From a virus: DNA of 64,000 nt. The DNA is taken from IMG/VR virus record IMGVR_UViG_3300008108_000036, one strand, 5' to 3'. Under the pieces are notes generated by a model. The model did no database searches and was not told the DNA's origin. It was given only the letters and a program-made list of their open reading frames with translations. Within the stretch, counting starts at the first letter, position 1. Every line of letters begins with the position of its first letter. A program made the translations under genes and the position numbers. Below are positions 30,157-40,575 of this stretch, piece after piece.

Positions 30157-30684
30157 ATGAATAGAGACCAAAAACTTTTAGAGAATCTATATCAGAGTAT
30201 TGCTGAAAACGAAGAATTACCGTATACTTCAAAATTAACTAAAAAAGAAGCAGACTATATAAACATAGTAACGGATATATCTCTACAAAGACTTTTAGAA
30301 TCTCCTAGGAAGTATATTAGTTTTGCAGAATTAGATAAGTGCTTTAGCACAATATTTTCTAATTTAAATTACGAACAAAGCAATGCTGTGTTTAATTTTT
30401 TTAAGCATATTTTATCTAAAGTTTTAACTGCTAAAAACAGTTCATTGTATGCATATATGCATCACTGGAGGGAAATTCCTAAAACTGAAGAGGAACAACA
30501 GACAGTCAAACTCAAATTAATAGAGGAAATAACAACATTGCTTTGTCAAGAATTTGAGAAGTTTGAAAAATATGGTGTTCCCTCATATTTTTCTTATCAT
30601 CAACTACTTCAAATATATGTGGATAATAGAAAGATACAAAATCTCGAAACCAAACTTCCAGAATTAAAAGGATTATTTCAATGA
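30157..30684 (+). CDS. N+C-tagged protein (3/12)
   Basis: MNRDQKLLENLYQ ... TKLPELKGLFQ*. Confidence 0.85.
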   Translation: MNRDQKLLENLYQSIAENEELPYTSKLTKKEADYINIVTDISLQRLLESPRKYISFAELDKCFSTIFSNLNYEQSNAVFNFFKHILSKVLTAKNSSLYAYMHHWREIPKTEEEQQTVKLKLIEEITTLLCQEFEKFEKYGVPSYFSYHQLLQIYVDNRKIQNLETKLPELKGLFQ

Positions 30685-31301
30685 GCTCGGATCAAAAAAG
30701 TTTACAATATCTTTATGAGCAAATTACAGAAGGAGAGACTCGCATTCTGAAATTAGAAGTAGAGTATGCAAAAATAATTGCTAGTCATGCAATTAACGAT
30801 CTTACTGAGTCAGTGAAAAGACGAATTGAGAACAAAGGCAAGATTCGAGGAGAAAGAATAACTAATTTCATAGGACCAAAGGTGGAATATACAAAGCATC
30901 TTTTTAACAATGAGCCTGCTCTAATAAGTGTAGTATACGATTCTTTAGTCCGCTTAGATGTTTTTTCGACATTGGTTTATTTTGAAGCTCGAAGAGCTTA
31001 TAATCTAGAAGCTAAAGATTTAAAAGTAATTATTATACATCCGACAATGATAGTTCAATATAGCGGCGAGGCAAATAAGGATTCCACACCGTTTTTAGAC
31101 AAACAAACTTTAGAAGAAAAGCTTCAAAAAACCATAGAAGAAACATTTGTAGTTCGTTATAACGAATGTATCAAACCTACTGCTCATCCTACATCGAGGT
31201 TTATACCTCCAAGCAGAAAACCCTGGGCTGAGTGGAGAAAAGAAAAGCTTAAGTATGAAAAGCTTACAACAAAATTGCCAGAACTAGAAGGAGTCTTTTA
31301 A
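30681..31301 (+). CDS. N+C-tagged protein (4/12)
   Basis: MSSDQKSLQYLYE ... WAEWRKEK..TKLPELEGVF*. Confidence 0.85.
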   Translation: MSSDQKSLQYLYEQITEGETRILKLEVEYAKIIASHAINDLTESVKRRIENKGKIRGERITNFIGPKVEYTKHLFNNEPALISVVYDSLVRLDVFSTLVYFEARRAYNLEAKDLKVIIIHPTMIVQYSGEANKDSTPFLDKQTLEEKLQKTIEETFVVRYNECIKPTAHPTSRFIPPSRKPWAEWRKEKLKYEKLTTKLPELEGVF

Positions 31302-31898
31302 ATGAAACGCGGAGATCAAAAGCCATTAAAGGAATGTCGTCAACCACTTGATGAAAGCACTAAAGAGCCTTTGTATTTTGGCCCGAAACAAAAAAAACAA
31401 ACATGGATGAGTTGGCTAAATGATTTACCACATAAAATACATGAAGACGGTTCAGTTAGTGTAGATGGTGATGTTATTTTTCATAGCAATTTTGGTGAGG
31501 TCAAAATGGATAGAGTACCCTTCAATTTCAGAGAAGTAACTGGACAATATAGTTGTTCAGGATTAGAGCTTACTTCTCTGGAAGGGTCTCCACGTATTGT
31601 TACAGGAACATTCGATTGTACGGAAAATAATCTTACTTCTCTAAAAGGAGCACCAGAAATAGCAAAAGGAAACTTTCGTTGTCGTGCAAATCGGCTTACA
31701 TCTCTTGTTGGAGCTCCAAGAGAAGTTGGAAAAGGGTTTTATTGTCACCATAACGAAAAAATAACTTCTTTAGAAGGAGCACCAGAGGTGGTTAAAGAAA
31801 CGTTTACATCCGATCAATTTGAAGACGAAGATTATAGAGATTATATAAAATTTCATAAACTAAGGGATAAACTTCCAGAGTTAGAAGGAATATTTTAA
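31302..31898 (+). CDS. C-tagged (degenerate N-tag) LRR-like repeat protein (5/12)
   Basis: repeats N.LTSL.G.P..V.G.F.C; ends DKLPELEGIF*. Confidence 0.85.
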   Translation: MKRGDQKPLKECRQPLDESTKEPLYFGPKQKKQTWMSWLNDLPHKIHEDGSVSVDGDVIFHSNFGEVKMDRVPFNFREVTGQYSCSGLELTSLEGSPRIVTGTFDCTENNLTSLKGAPEIAKGNFRCRANRLTSLVGAPREVGKGFYCHHNEKITSLEGAPEVVKETFTSDQFEDEDYRDYIKFHKLRDKLPELEGIF

Positions 31899-32516
31899 AT
31901 GAGAGATAATGATCAAAGAAAGTTAGAATTAATATATGAATCTCTTAACGATAGTTTTCTTATTAAAGAAGAAAAAATATTAGTCAAAGAGTATTCTAAG
32001 TATCTTGCTATAAATGTTGTAAATGAAGCAGCAAGATTTCAAGAAAAAATAGACGAAAATCCTCAACAATATTTTCCTTGTACTATGTATAATTTTTTCT
32101 GGTTATATTTAAAGGAAATTCCTGAAACCATTTTATCAAAACTGAATTTACATTCTGATACTTTAAAATGGGTTGCGGAGCTTTATGAAATTTATGTAAT
32201 TAAAGACATGACGCACGAAAGTGCTGAAGCAACTATTATAAATGAAGCTGTATGTTTAATTATTAAATCTCCATTTAATCGAAAAAAGCAAACGATTATT
32301 TCTCTAAAAGACGACGTCGAAGTTATTGCTGGTAAATTAGAAGACTGTTTTGCACAATTTATTCAATTTGTATTTACTGATAAACGTATAATTCAAAAAC
32401 TAGAAAAAGAAGAATCACTTAATACTTGGGTAGGGAGAGGTTTTGCTTGGAGAAAAGAACGAGTAAAGTATGATAAGATGAGTAAAAAACTTCCTGAATT
32501 AGAAGAAATATTTTAG
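31899..32516 (+). CDS. N+C-tagged protein (6/12), paralog of 29545
   Basis: MRDNDQRKLELIYE ... GFAWR..KKLPELEEIF*. Confidence 0.85.
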   Translation: MRDNDQRKLELIYESLNDSFLIKEEKILVKEYSKYLAINVVNEAARFQEKIDENPQQYFPCTMYNFFWLYLKEIPETILSKLNLHSDTLKWVAELYEIYVIKDMTHESAEATIINEAVCLIIKSPFNRKKQTIISLKDDVEVIAGKLEDCFAQFIQFVFTDKRIIQKLEKEESLNTWVGRGFAWRKERVKYDKMSKKLPELEEIF

Positions 32517-33068
32517 ATGAAAACAAGAGATCAAAAGCTTTTAGAAGAAGCTTACCTTAAAGTCAAACGAAGAAAGTCTCCAGAGAGTATATATGATTAT
32601 AATGTTGTAGTTGATTATATCGAAAATGGATGCAAAGGAGATTTAATAATAAACGGAAGTTATCTTACAAAACTCCCAGAAGAACTTCATTCCGTAGAAG
32701 GAGATTTTCACATGATGAGTTCAAGCATTAAATATCTTCCTAAAAATTTGAAATACGTTGGAGGAGCTCTTTTTCTCATGGAAAGTCCTATACAATTTCT
32801 TCCTGATGATCTTACTGTTGGAAAAGATCTTAGCTTGTTTAAATGTGAAAAAATTAAAATCCTTCCTAAAAACCTAAAAGTAGGAAAAGATTTGATATTG
32901 CAAGACAGTTCAATTACTTCTCTAAATCAATTTTCTCCAGGAATTGAAGTTGAAGGCGACGTTTACTCTTATGATTTTACTTCAGAAGAAGCAAAAGCCC
33001 ACATAAAAGAATTGAATAAAATAAGTAAAATGGAACAACATTTACCGGAATTAAAGGGAATATTTTAA
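32517..33068 (+). CDS. N+C-tagged LRR-like protein (7/12), paralog of 1681
   Basis: MKTRDQKLLEEAY; LP.NL.VG.DL.L repeats; QHLPELKGIF*. Confidence 0.85.
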   Translation: MKTRDQKLLEEAYLKVKRRKSPESIYDYNVVVDYIENGCKGDLIINGSYLTKLPEELHSVEGDFHMMSSSIKYLPKNLKYVGGALFLMESPIQFLPDDLTVGKDLSLFKCEKIKILPKNLKVGKDLILQDSSITSLNQFSPGIEVEGDVYSYDFTSEEAKAHIKELNKISKMEQHLPELKGIF

Positions 33069-33071
33069 ATA

Positions 33072-33485
33072 ATGAAAAAATACAACTCGGTCAAAAATCA
33101 CTTCTTATCGATTGAACCAGTTGCTGCACATGTAAAAATATGCAATAAAATCTTTCCCATTAAAGTTTGGCAGCTTTTTGATCACGATGTTGCTGCTTTT
33201 GCAAAAGTTGAGGAATTCAAATCTTTAGAAGAATTTGAATCAAAAATGGGTTCCGTCAAAAACTGGCAACCTGTAGTATTAATAACAAAACTTCAATTAG
33301 ACAAGTTTTATAAGGATAGTTCAACTTACTCAACAGATCAACATCATTTCTATATTGTTGAGCCGACTTCCGAATTTAAGAGTCTTGATGACACAAAAAA
33401 GCCTGAGGTGTATAATGATTATTTAATTCAAGATGAATATGCAGCATTAAAAGATAAATTACCTGAACTAAAAGGTATATTTTAA
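33072..33485 (+). CDS. C-tag-only protein (8/12), related to 2323
   Basis: VEPTSEF..KPEVY.DY.I.D..DKLPELKGIF*. Confidence 0.8.
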   Translation: MKKYNSVKNHFLSIEPVAAHVKICNKIFPIKVWQLFDHDVAAFAKVEEFKSLEEFESKMGSVKNWQPVVLITKLQLDKFYKDSSTYSTDQHHFYIVEPTSEFKSLDDTKKPEVYNDYLIQDEYAALKDKLPELKGIF

Positions 33486-33528
33486 GAAACTGATCGCTCT
33501 TTGCTATAACTTTCTAATAAATACAAAA

Positions 33529-34128
33529 GTGAGAAACAAAGATTGTAAAACGTTAGAATTATTGTACGAGGATATTACAAATCAGTATGTTTTATTGGAT
33601 GAGGAAAAGCAATTTATTGAGCAATTAGCTACCAATATTACAAGCAACATATATAAAAACATATCTCCTCATACTCGTTTTTACGGAACAGAGCGTCTCG
33701 ATAATATAGTCCATTCGAAATTTACAAATGATATAAATTTTGGTTCAGCATTCACTAATATAACTCAAGAACAAAGACGCGCAATTGCTTTTGTGTTTGA
33801 ACAATCAATTTTAATTGTGTTATACTGCTATTTGGTTGCAATAGAAGGGCGAGATCGACCGGAAAGTGTTTGCTTTAAAACAGTTGATCAATGGATGGAC
33901 AGAGTTCATGATAAAGAAATAAAAGTACCTTACGAAAATAAAAAAGAAGTATTTGAAATGATGAAAAAAACTATTATAAACTTGTTGTTTTTTGTCTATA
34001 ATAGTTACGCCGATCCAAACGGAATGTATCATAACGAAACGGTAAGGATATGGTATGAATGGAGAAAAGAAAAAATTAGATACAAAAAACTTGTAAATAA
34101 GTTACCCGAATTAGAAGGTGTATTTTAA
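33529..34128 (+). CDS. N+C-tagged protein (9/12), paralog of 28952
   Basis: MRNKDCKTLELLYE ... NKLPELEGVF*; ATAAATA 33516-33522. Confidence 0.85.
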   Translation: MRNKDCKTLELLYEDITNQYVLLDEEKQFIEQLATNITSNIYKNISPHTRFYGTERLDNIVHSKFTNDINFGSAFTNITQEQRRAIAFVFEQSILIVLYCYLVAIEGRDRPESVCFKTVDQWMDRVHDKEIKVPYENKKEVFEMMKKTIINLLFFVYNSYADPNGMYHNETVRIWYEWRKEKIRYKKLVNKLPELEGVF

Positions 34129-34191
34129 GCTATGCGAACGTCTTCGAGCAATTAGAGTATTTATAAAAAGTAATAATTACTATTGTATAAC

Positions 34192-34812
34192 ATGATCAAA
34201 TTATATATAAACGATCAAAAAACGTTAGAACTTCTTTATGAGCAGGTTTCTAATAATTTGATAAATGTCTTGCTTCCTGAAGAAGAGAGATTTGTTAATC
34301 TTGTTGCGGAGAAATATACTAAAGAAGTCTTTATTGCAGTAAAACGAATGGAAATTACAACGTCTGGATTTTTTTTAGATCAAATTTTTTTTACTAATCC
34401 TATAAAATATGATTTAGACGTGTTAAAAGTCGAGGACATCAAATTAAAAGAGGATGTTCGTGAAACAATCGACGATTTAATTTTAAAGCAAATAAACTCA
34501 AAGCTAATTTATTTGCACAAAACAAAACGAGGGCCGTTTATAGTTTTTAAAGACATTGAAATCTTGAGTGATTTGCACACTAAAGAAAATTCAAGCTTTT
34601 TAATAATCAAAGAAAACGAACAACTAATAACAACCTATGTTGAGCGGTTATTGAGACAGCTTATAATATATTTTTATAATATTTTAATAACATCTAGCAA
34701 GTCGGTACCACATTCTCTCGAAAATTTAAATTGGGTTAAGTGGCGGACAAAAAAGCTTAAACTTAAAAACCTCAGACAAAAACTTCCGGAATTAGAAGGA
34801 GTGTTTTCGTGA
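34192..34812 (+). CDS. N+C-tagged protein (10/12)
   Basis: ..INDQKTLELLYE ... QKLPELEGVFS*; start uncertain. Confidence 0.8.
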   Translation: MIKLYINDQKTLELLYEQVSNNLINVLLPEEERFVNLVAEKYTKEVFIAVKRMEITTSGFFLDQIFFTNPIKYDLDVLKVEDIKLKEDVRETIDDLILKQINSKLIYLHKTKRGPFIVFKDIEILSDLHTKENSSFLIIKENEQLITTYVERLLRQLIIYFYNILITSSKSVPHSLENLNWVKWRTKKLKLKNLRQKLPELEGVFS

Positions 34813-35159
34813 AAGATCAAATATTAATTGCAGAAGTCTATTATCATGTTTTAGAAGAAAGAGCTAAAAAAACGTATAATGAATTATTAGCTCTTTTTAA
34901 AGAGCTTACCAATAACGAAAATCCTCAACCAGGAGACGAATATATATATGAATATAATAATTCGATTTATAAAATTGTTAAAACAAAAGACGGATTTCAA
35001 TGGGGAAATTGGTGGCAAGGTCAACTATGGGGTAGGTTTATAACTCAGCACTCTACGAGTGACGTAAGGGATAATGAAAAGCTGATAGAGTTTCTTAAAG
35101 CAACAAAAGTCAGGGAATTGGAAAAAAAGCTTCCTGAAATTGAAGGATTTTTTAGATGA
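34809..35159 (+). CDS. N+C-tagged protein (11/12)
   Basis: MKDQILIAEVY ... KKLPEIEGFFR*. Confidence 0.8.
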   Translation: MKDQILIAEVYYHVLEERAKKTYNELLALFKELTNNENPQPGDEYIYEYNNSIYKIVKTKDGFQWGNWWQGQLWGRFITQHSTSDVRDNEKLIEFLKATKVRELEKKLPEIEGFFR

Positions 35160-35737
35160 AAACTAATGATCAAAAAAGCTTAGAACGACTTTACGAGCAA
35201 GTTACTAATAATGATTTTATGCTACTTAAAGAGGAAGACGTGTTGTTTGATGCAATAAGTTCTTTAATCACTAAAGAAGTTCAAAAAGTATTGAGAACCG
35301 TTGGAGATCTTAACGGTTATAGTCATTCCAGCTTGGGACAAATAGTACACAGTTTAAGTAATACTATTAATGCTAAAGACTTTGTCTGTAAGTATTTTCC
35401 TTCAGAAATTAAAGAACAAGCTGCTTTCGTTTATTTTGCGGGTATAATTTATTATATTGTAAGAAATAAAGTATTTCTTAAAAGATATTACGAACCGGAA
35501 GACATGTTGTGCTTCGAATTTGAAACTTCTGGTAGAGTCACAAATGTCAAGAGAAGAGTCGACGTTAAAGACAAAGAAAAGTTTAAACAATCTCTTAAGG
35601 AATGGTTTGTCAATCAATTAGAATTTATGTATGCGAGTTTTGCTCATGAATATCCAGAATGGGATAAATGGAGAGAAAATGAATTAAAATACGAGAAACT
35701 AAAGCAGAAGCATTCAGAACTAAAAGGAATTTTTTAA
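35156..35737 (+). CDS. N+C-tagged protein (12/12)
   Basis: MKTNDQKSLERLYE ... WDKWRE..QKHSELKGIF*. Confidence 0.85.
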   Translation: MKTNDQKSLERLYEQVTNNDFMLLKEEDVLFDAISSLITKEVQKVLRTVGDLNGYSHSSLGQIVHSLSNTINAKDFVCKYFPSEIKEQAAFVYFAGIIYYIVRNKVFLKRYYEPEDMLCFEFETSGRVTNVKRRVDVKDKEKFKQSLKEWFVNQLEFMYASFAHEYPEWDKWRENELKYEKLKQKHSELKGIF

Positions 35738-35769
35738 ACAAAAAAAAAAATGTACTGCTAATAAATTTT

Positions 35770-36087
35770 TTACAATCTCCAAATAGTAGTCGATACACTG
35801 TCTCCACATTGTTCGCAAACATAATCATCATGCTCCCAATCATCAGGTTGAAAAAGATGAACTACATTTTCAAACAAAATAGTTTGCTCATTAAGACCGT
35901 CTTTTATCTTTTCAAACAAATAAGTTAATACCTCGTTACGCTCGTCGTCATTAAATTCCGAAAGAGACTTCCCGTTTATAGTAAAGTCAAACGCAGTGCA
36001 TCCTGTAATTTCTTTAATTTCGTATTTAGTTTTCATTGTTTTCTGTACTGTTTGACGGTTTCCCAAAGAGATTCTATGGTATGGCAT
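35770..36087 (-). CDS. hypothetical protein with C-terminal CxxC (true start probably ~36036)
   Basis: MKTKYEIKEITGCTAF..CEQCGD. Confidence 0.6.
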   Translation of the reverse strand: MPYHRISLGNRQTVQKTMKTKYEIKEITGCTAFDFTINGKSLSEFNDDERNEVLTYLFEKIKDGLNEQTILFENVVHLFQPDDWEHDDYVCEQCGDSVSTTIWRL

Positions 36088-36377
36088 ATTTCATTACCAT
36101 CTGCATCTTGAGCGGGAAGTATTTTTCCATTAAATCCTTCTCTTTCATATAAAAACCAACTAATCCAGTCACATCCTTCTTCTTCAAAAATGCTTTTTAA
36201 TAAAATAGTAACAACATTATGATAATCTTCATCATAGTTCATTAAATCAAGTCCAATTAAATAAGCAGAATGTGACCGTTCGCTGACTTTTTTTAATCTT
36301 TCGATTACTTCTTTAAATTGTTTGAAATCCATAAAAACGCTATGTCCAAAAATAATCTCTTCTTTTAATAAGTTCAT
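36033..36377 (-). CDS. phage hypothetical protein
   Basis: DWISWFLYE..EI.HTIESLW motif. Confidence 0.65.
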   Translation of the reverse strand: MNLLKEEIIFGHSVFMDFKQFKEVIERLKKVSERSHSAYLIGLDLMNYDEDYHNVVTILLKSIFEEEGCDWISWFLYEREGFNGKILPAQDADGNEICHTIESLWETVKQYRKQ

Positions 36378-36954
36378 TTAAAGTTTCTGTGTCTTTATCA
36401 TTTATTAATTTTTCAATTCTATTAACTTCAGCATATTTGACTTCATAAGGAATTCCATCATCAACCATAGTGAACATTCTTCTACCTTGCTCATCAGTAG
36501 TAGGAGTAAACATTTCTTCGAGAGATCTTGATGGTGGATATGCTTTATTCATATCGTTTTCAAGAGAAGGTCTTTCTTTTGTTATATAATTGTAGGCCTT
36601 TTCTAACCATTCTGCAAATTCTTTATGTTGTTCAGTTGCATTCCAATCAACAATATCAGCTTTATATTCTTCTTCATAAAAAGCTTTAATAAACTCAAAA
36701 TTTACTTCAATTATCAAATGGGAAATATCAGACCACTGTTTAGGAATAGCTTTTCTAATTCTTTGATTACAGGGTTTAAAGAGAGGTTTAATTTTATCAT
36801 AATAAATTAGAGACCATCTATATGGAAGCAAATCCCATATATCCCAAACATCAAACTTCTTTAAAAAAAAATTTCTAACAGACCAAAAAAATCCTTTATT
36901 TTCTTTTGGTGTTATTAGGCAATGATTTCGAGAAAAAAACTTATCTTGTGTCAT
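36340..36954 (-). CDS. phage hypothetical protein
   Basis: 204 aa ORF ending R.YFWT. Confidence 0.7.
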   Translation of the reverse strand: MTQDKFFSRNHCLITPKENKGFFWSVRNFFLKKFDVWDIWDLLPYRWSLIYYDKIKPLFKPCNQRIRKAIPKQWSDISHLIIEVNFEFIKAFYEEEYKADIVDWNATEQHKEFAEWLEKAYNYITKERPSLENDMNKAYPPSRSLEEMFTPTTDEQGRRMFTMVDDGIPYEVKYAEVNRIEKLINDKDTETLNELIKRRDYFWT

Positions 36955-37088
36955 ATTATTTTAAAGCTTCCTAAGCTTAAACTATTTTGCTAAAAAATCA
37001 ACAACAACGAATTATTTCCACTGTTTATGCGTATTTTACACATGCTAATCTTAAAATTTTCCTGTTAATTTCATAAGTAAATATTGTT

Positions 37089-38045
37089 ATGAAAAGTAAT
37101 GTCCCCAGTAAAGCGGCTAAAAAAGTATTGTTGATTGGAAGTAACGGCTATATTGGAAGTTTTTTGCTGTCGTATTTGTCGGACAAATTTGATGTCAGTG
37201 GCATTGATTTGGGGTGGTTTAACTCTTTAACGACTAAAGAACAGCAGCTAGATTATAACACATTAAGTGAACAATTCATTCAAAGTTTTGATTCTATAAT
37301 TCTACTTGCTGGCCATTCAAGCGTAAAAATGTGTGAGAGAGACATGACAAGCTCGTTTAATAATAACATAAAAAACTTTCAAAATCTTCTCAACAAGATG
37401 AATTGCAGGCAAAAACTTATATATGCTAGTAGTTCAAGTGTGTATGGAATGGTTGGGACCTCGAGGGTATCTGAAGATTATTCTAGCTTTATTCCTCATA
37501 ATAATTACGATGTAACAAAGCATATTATAGACAGTTTAGCACAAAGATCTGAAATAGAATATTATGGTCTTCGTTTTGGAACAGTTAATGGATATTCTCC
37601 TAATACTCGAAGTGACGTAATGATAAATTCTATGGTTTATAGTGCTATGACAAACAATGAAATCAAATTATATATAAAAGATGTGATGAGGCCAATTTTA
37701 GGCTTAAATGATTTAAGTCGAGCAGTAGATGTTATTTTAGACAATTCAACAAACTTAAAAGGATTATACAATTTAGCTTCTTTTTCAAATACCGCAGAAA
37801 ACATTGCAAAAGAAGTTAGTCGAATTACGAAAGTTCCGATTACTCATTATACAAGCGATCCTAACAACATAAAAAACGCTAAATTAGAAACAAAATGTTA
37901 TAATTTCGATATTGATTGCACTAAGTTTAAAAATACGTTCAATTTCGCTTTTTATGATACGTTAGAAAGCTTAACCGAAAACTTAATACTTCGTTTTTCA
38001 AAAATAAATTTTAGTGATAGGAGTAGTAATAAAAAATATGAATAA
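37089..38045 (+). CDS. NAD-dependent nucleotide-sugar epimerase/dehydratase
   Basis: GSNGYIG, YASSSSVYG, YDVTK (YxxxK), LRFGTV.G. Confidence 0.9.
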   Translation: MKSNVPSKAAKKVLLIGSNGYIGSFLLSYLSDKFDVSGIDLGWFNSLTTKEQQLDYNTLSEQFIQSFDSIILLAGHSSVKMCERDMTSSFNNNIKNFQNLLNKMNCRQKLIYASSSSVYGMVGTSRVSEDYSSFIPHNNYDVTKHIIDSLAQRSEIEYYGLRFGTVNGYSPNTRSDVMINSMVYSAMTNNEIKLYIKDVMRPILGLNDLSRAVDVILDNSTNLKGLYNLASFSNTAENIAKEVSRITKVPITHYTSDPNNIKNAKLETKCYNFDIDCTKFKNTFNFAFYDTLESLTENLILRFSKINFSDRSSNKKYE

Positions 38046-39249
38046 CTTTAAGCTAATAACTAAATGTAGGTGTTGTGAAAACGATGTAGAGGAAATTTTA
38101 GATTTAACTGATCAACCATTAGCTAATTCCTATCATCCACTGCATGAAAAATTACATAAATTTCCTTTAAAATTAAATTTATGTAAATCATGTTTCCACA
38201 CACAATTAAGCGTAGTGGTTGATCCTAATGAAATGTTTAAGCACTATTTGTATGTCAGCGGAACGACACAAACTTTAAAAGAATACTTTGATTTTTTTGC
38301 TAAGTTTACAATCCATAGATTTAAAACTTTCTTCAACGTAAATGCGAAAACCGTGCTAGACATAGCATGTAATGATGGGACTCAATTACATTTTTATAAA
38401 AATAAAGGATTAGAAACTTTTGGAATTGATCCTGCTGAAAATCTGCATAATATAAGCAGTAAAGAACATAACGTTGTTTGCGATTATTTTCCTTCTAATA
38501 AACTAGACAGAAAATATAACATTATAATTGCACAAAACGTTTTTGCTCATACGCATACTATTTTCGAATTTTTAACGAAATGCTCTGAACTCATTGAAAA
38601 AAACGGATTAATTTACATCCAAACTTCTCAAGCAAATATGATAAAAAACAACGAGTTTGATACAATATATCACGAGCACTTGTCGTTTTTTAACTCTCTT
38701 TCAATGAAAACTATTGTAGAACGTTGCGGTCTCAAACTCAATAACGTTTTTAAATTTGACATACATGGAACGAGTTATGTATTTGAAATATCAAAACACA
38801 ATCTCAATTCGAATTTAGAATCTGTTCTTAAAGAAGAAGCTGAAAACGGTTTATATAATATAAAAACATATAGAGCATTTACTGAAAACGCGAAATCAAT
38901 AGCTGTAGAATTTAAAAAAACAATTGAGGAGCATAAAAATAACGGGTACGACGTTATTGGTTATGGAGCAGCAGCAAAAGGCATGACGTTCCTCAACTTT
39001 GCCCAAACTTATCTATATTATATTATAGATGATAATAAGTTAAAGCACGACCTATACTCTCCAGGAAGTGATACTATTATTAAAGGAATAGAAACTTTAG
39101 CTGCTAAAAACAAAGAACACAAAAAAATTCTTTTCGTTCCTCTAGCTTGGAATTTTTATACCGAAATTCGTGAAAGAATTAAAAAAGTTAGAAACAACGA
39201 AAACGATTTATTTTTAAAATATTTTCCAAAAGTGGAAGTATTAAAATAA
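38038..39249 (+). CDS. NDP-sugar C-methyltransferase (Zn-binding, SAM-dependent)
   Basis: CRCC..LDL.DQPLAN, C.SC.H.QL, DIACNDG, IYHEHLSFF, GYGAAAKG; start ATG 38038. Confidence 0.9.
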   Translation: MNNFKLITKCRCCENDVEEILDLTDQPLANSYHPLHEKLHKFPLKLNLCKSCFHTQLSVVVDPNEMFKHYLYVSGTTQTLKEYFDFFAKFTIHRFKTFFNVNAKTVLDIACNDGTQLHFYKNKGLETFGIDPAENLHNISSKEHNVVCDYFPSNKLDRKYNIIIAQNVFAHTHTIFEFLTKCSELIEKNGLIYIQTSQANMIKNNEFDTIYHEHLSFFNSLSMKTIVERCGLKLNNVFKFDIHGTSYVFEISKHNLNSNLESVLKEEAENGLYNIKTYRAFTENAKSIAVEFKKTIEEHKNNGYDVIGYGAAAKGMTFLNFAQTYLYYIIDDNKLKHDLYSPGSDTIIKGIETLAAKNKEHKKILFVPLAWNFYTEIRERIKKVRNNENDLFLKYFPKVEVLK

Positions 39250-39261
39250 CTCAATAGTTAA

Positions 39262-40011
39262 ATGAAAACTATTCTTAGCCATTTTTATAACGAAGAATAT
39301 CTCCTACCATTTTGGTTAAATCATCATAAAAAATTTTTTGATCACGGCATAATGATAAACTATCAATCTACAGATAAATCTGTAGAAATAATAAAAACTA
39401 TTTGCCCAACGTGGGAAATTCATGATAGTAGAAATAATTGCTTTGATGCAATAAAAGTTGATCGAGAAATAATAGTATATGAGAGATCGATACAAGGTTG
39501 GAGAATTTGTTTAAATACTACAGAATTTTTAGTTGGAGACTATACAACACTCGACAATTTATTAGATATGCAACAACAGCTAATAGTACCTGTGTATACA
39601 ATGGTAGACAAAAAGGAATTAACGAACGAAGAAGTTGTAATTAATGATTTGATTAGAGAGAAAACTTTCGGCCTTCCTAATCCTGAAGATTGGGGCAGAT
39701 CACTTCACAATTTTGTTATAGGGGGATATTCGCCCGGAAGACACTGGCTCTGGGGTTTTGAAGGGTGTCGTCGGACTGACAATTTTGTAATATTAAGATA
39801 TACGTATTCTCCTTGGAATAAGAGTTTTATTTCTAGAAAATTACAAATTGGAAATAAAATACCTGAGTCTGATAAAAAAGCAAGATTTGGTGTTCAACAT
39901 TTTTATTCCGAAGAAAAACATGCTGAAATTTTAGCAAATTTTCAAAAACGTTGTGTGGACTTGTCGATATTACCTATTTTAAATAATAAACAAATACGAG
40001 ACTTTTTTTAA
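39262..40011 (+). CDS. GT2-like glycosyltransferase
   Basis: HFYNEEYLLPFWL.HH..FDHGI, STD.S, LNTTEF, GRH. Confidence 0.75.
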   Translation: MKTILSHFYNEEYLLPFWLNHHKKFFDHGIMINYQSTDKSVEIIKTICPTWEIHDSRNNCFDAIKVDREIIVYERSIQGWRICLNTTEFLVGDYTTLDNLLDMQQQLIVPVYTMVDKKELTNEEVVINDLIREKTFGLPNPEDWGRSLHNFVIGGYSPGRHWLWGFEGCRRTDNFVILRYTYSPWNKSFISRKLQIGNKIPESDKKARFGVQHFYSEEKHAEILANFQKRCVDLSILPILNNKQIRDFF

Positions 40012-40260
40012 TTACATATAAACAGAGAAAAAAAATATTAGGGATTCAATGGGTCGTATTTTTAGCGTTTTTAGTTAGAAATTGTTTTAAATCCCAAGAA
40101 TACACTCCGTGCTCGCCGTTTTCTAAGAGCGGACAAGTTTTTCCTCTCATAAAATTATCCCAAGCTTCTAATTTTTCGTATGGCAGCGATGACAATATGA
40201 CGCTTTCTTTTAAATACTGTTGGGTTTCCGTTAGTTTTAACAGAAAACGGTTCCATTCCG

Positions 40261-40575
40261 TCATCGAATCGTTGTTCTTGGCCATTTAGGATTAATCCAT
40301 TTATCAAAACGTTTAAATGTATTAGTTAGATGTTTCTCACAAGCTCCTTTAGCTGCTTGTTCCGTTTTATATGAAACTTTAGATATTTTAACGGGATCTG
40401 AATCGGTTTTTGTGAGATACATACTAGCTTCATATTTGCTTTTGTGTTCTGTTGAGTTTTCAGTATCGTAACATTCAACAATATACTCCCAATTGATGAT
40501 AGGTACTTTTGCTGAATACCAGCTTCCGGATTTATCATCCAACCATTTTTTTTTCCAAGTCAATTTTGTTTTCAT
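40261..40575 (-). CDS. hypothetical protein
   Basis: ORF in minus-strand run. Confidence 0.6.
   Translation of the reverse strand: MKTKLTWKKKWLDDKSGSWYSAKVPIINWEYIVECYDTENSTEHKSKYEASMYLTKTDSDPVKISKVSYKTEQAAKGACEKHLTNTFKRFDKWINPKWPRTTIR

Noticed and set aside
28952-35737. CRISPR array, integron attC array or DGR as an explanation of the periodic repeats
   Set aside because: Repeats are in-frame coding with synonymous variation and ~350-650 bp spacing; no palindromic attC, cas, integrase or reverse transcriptase in the window
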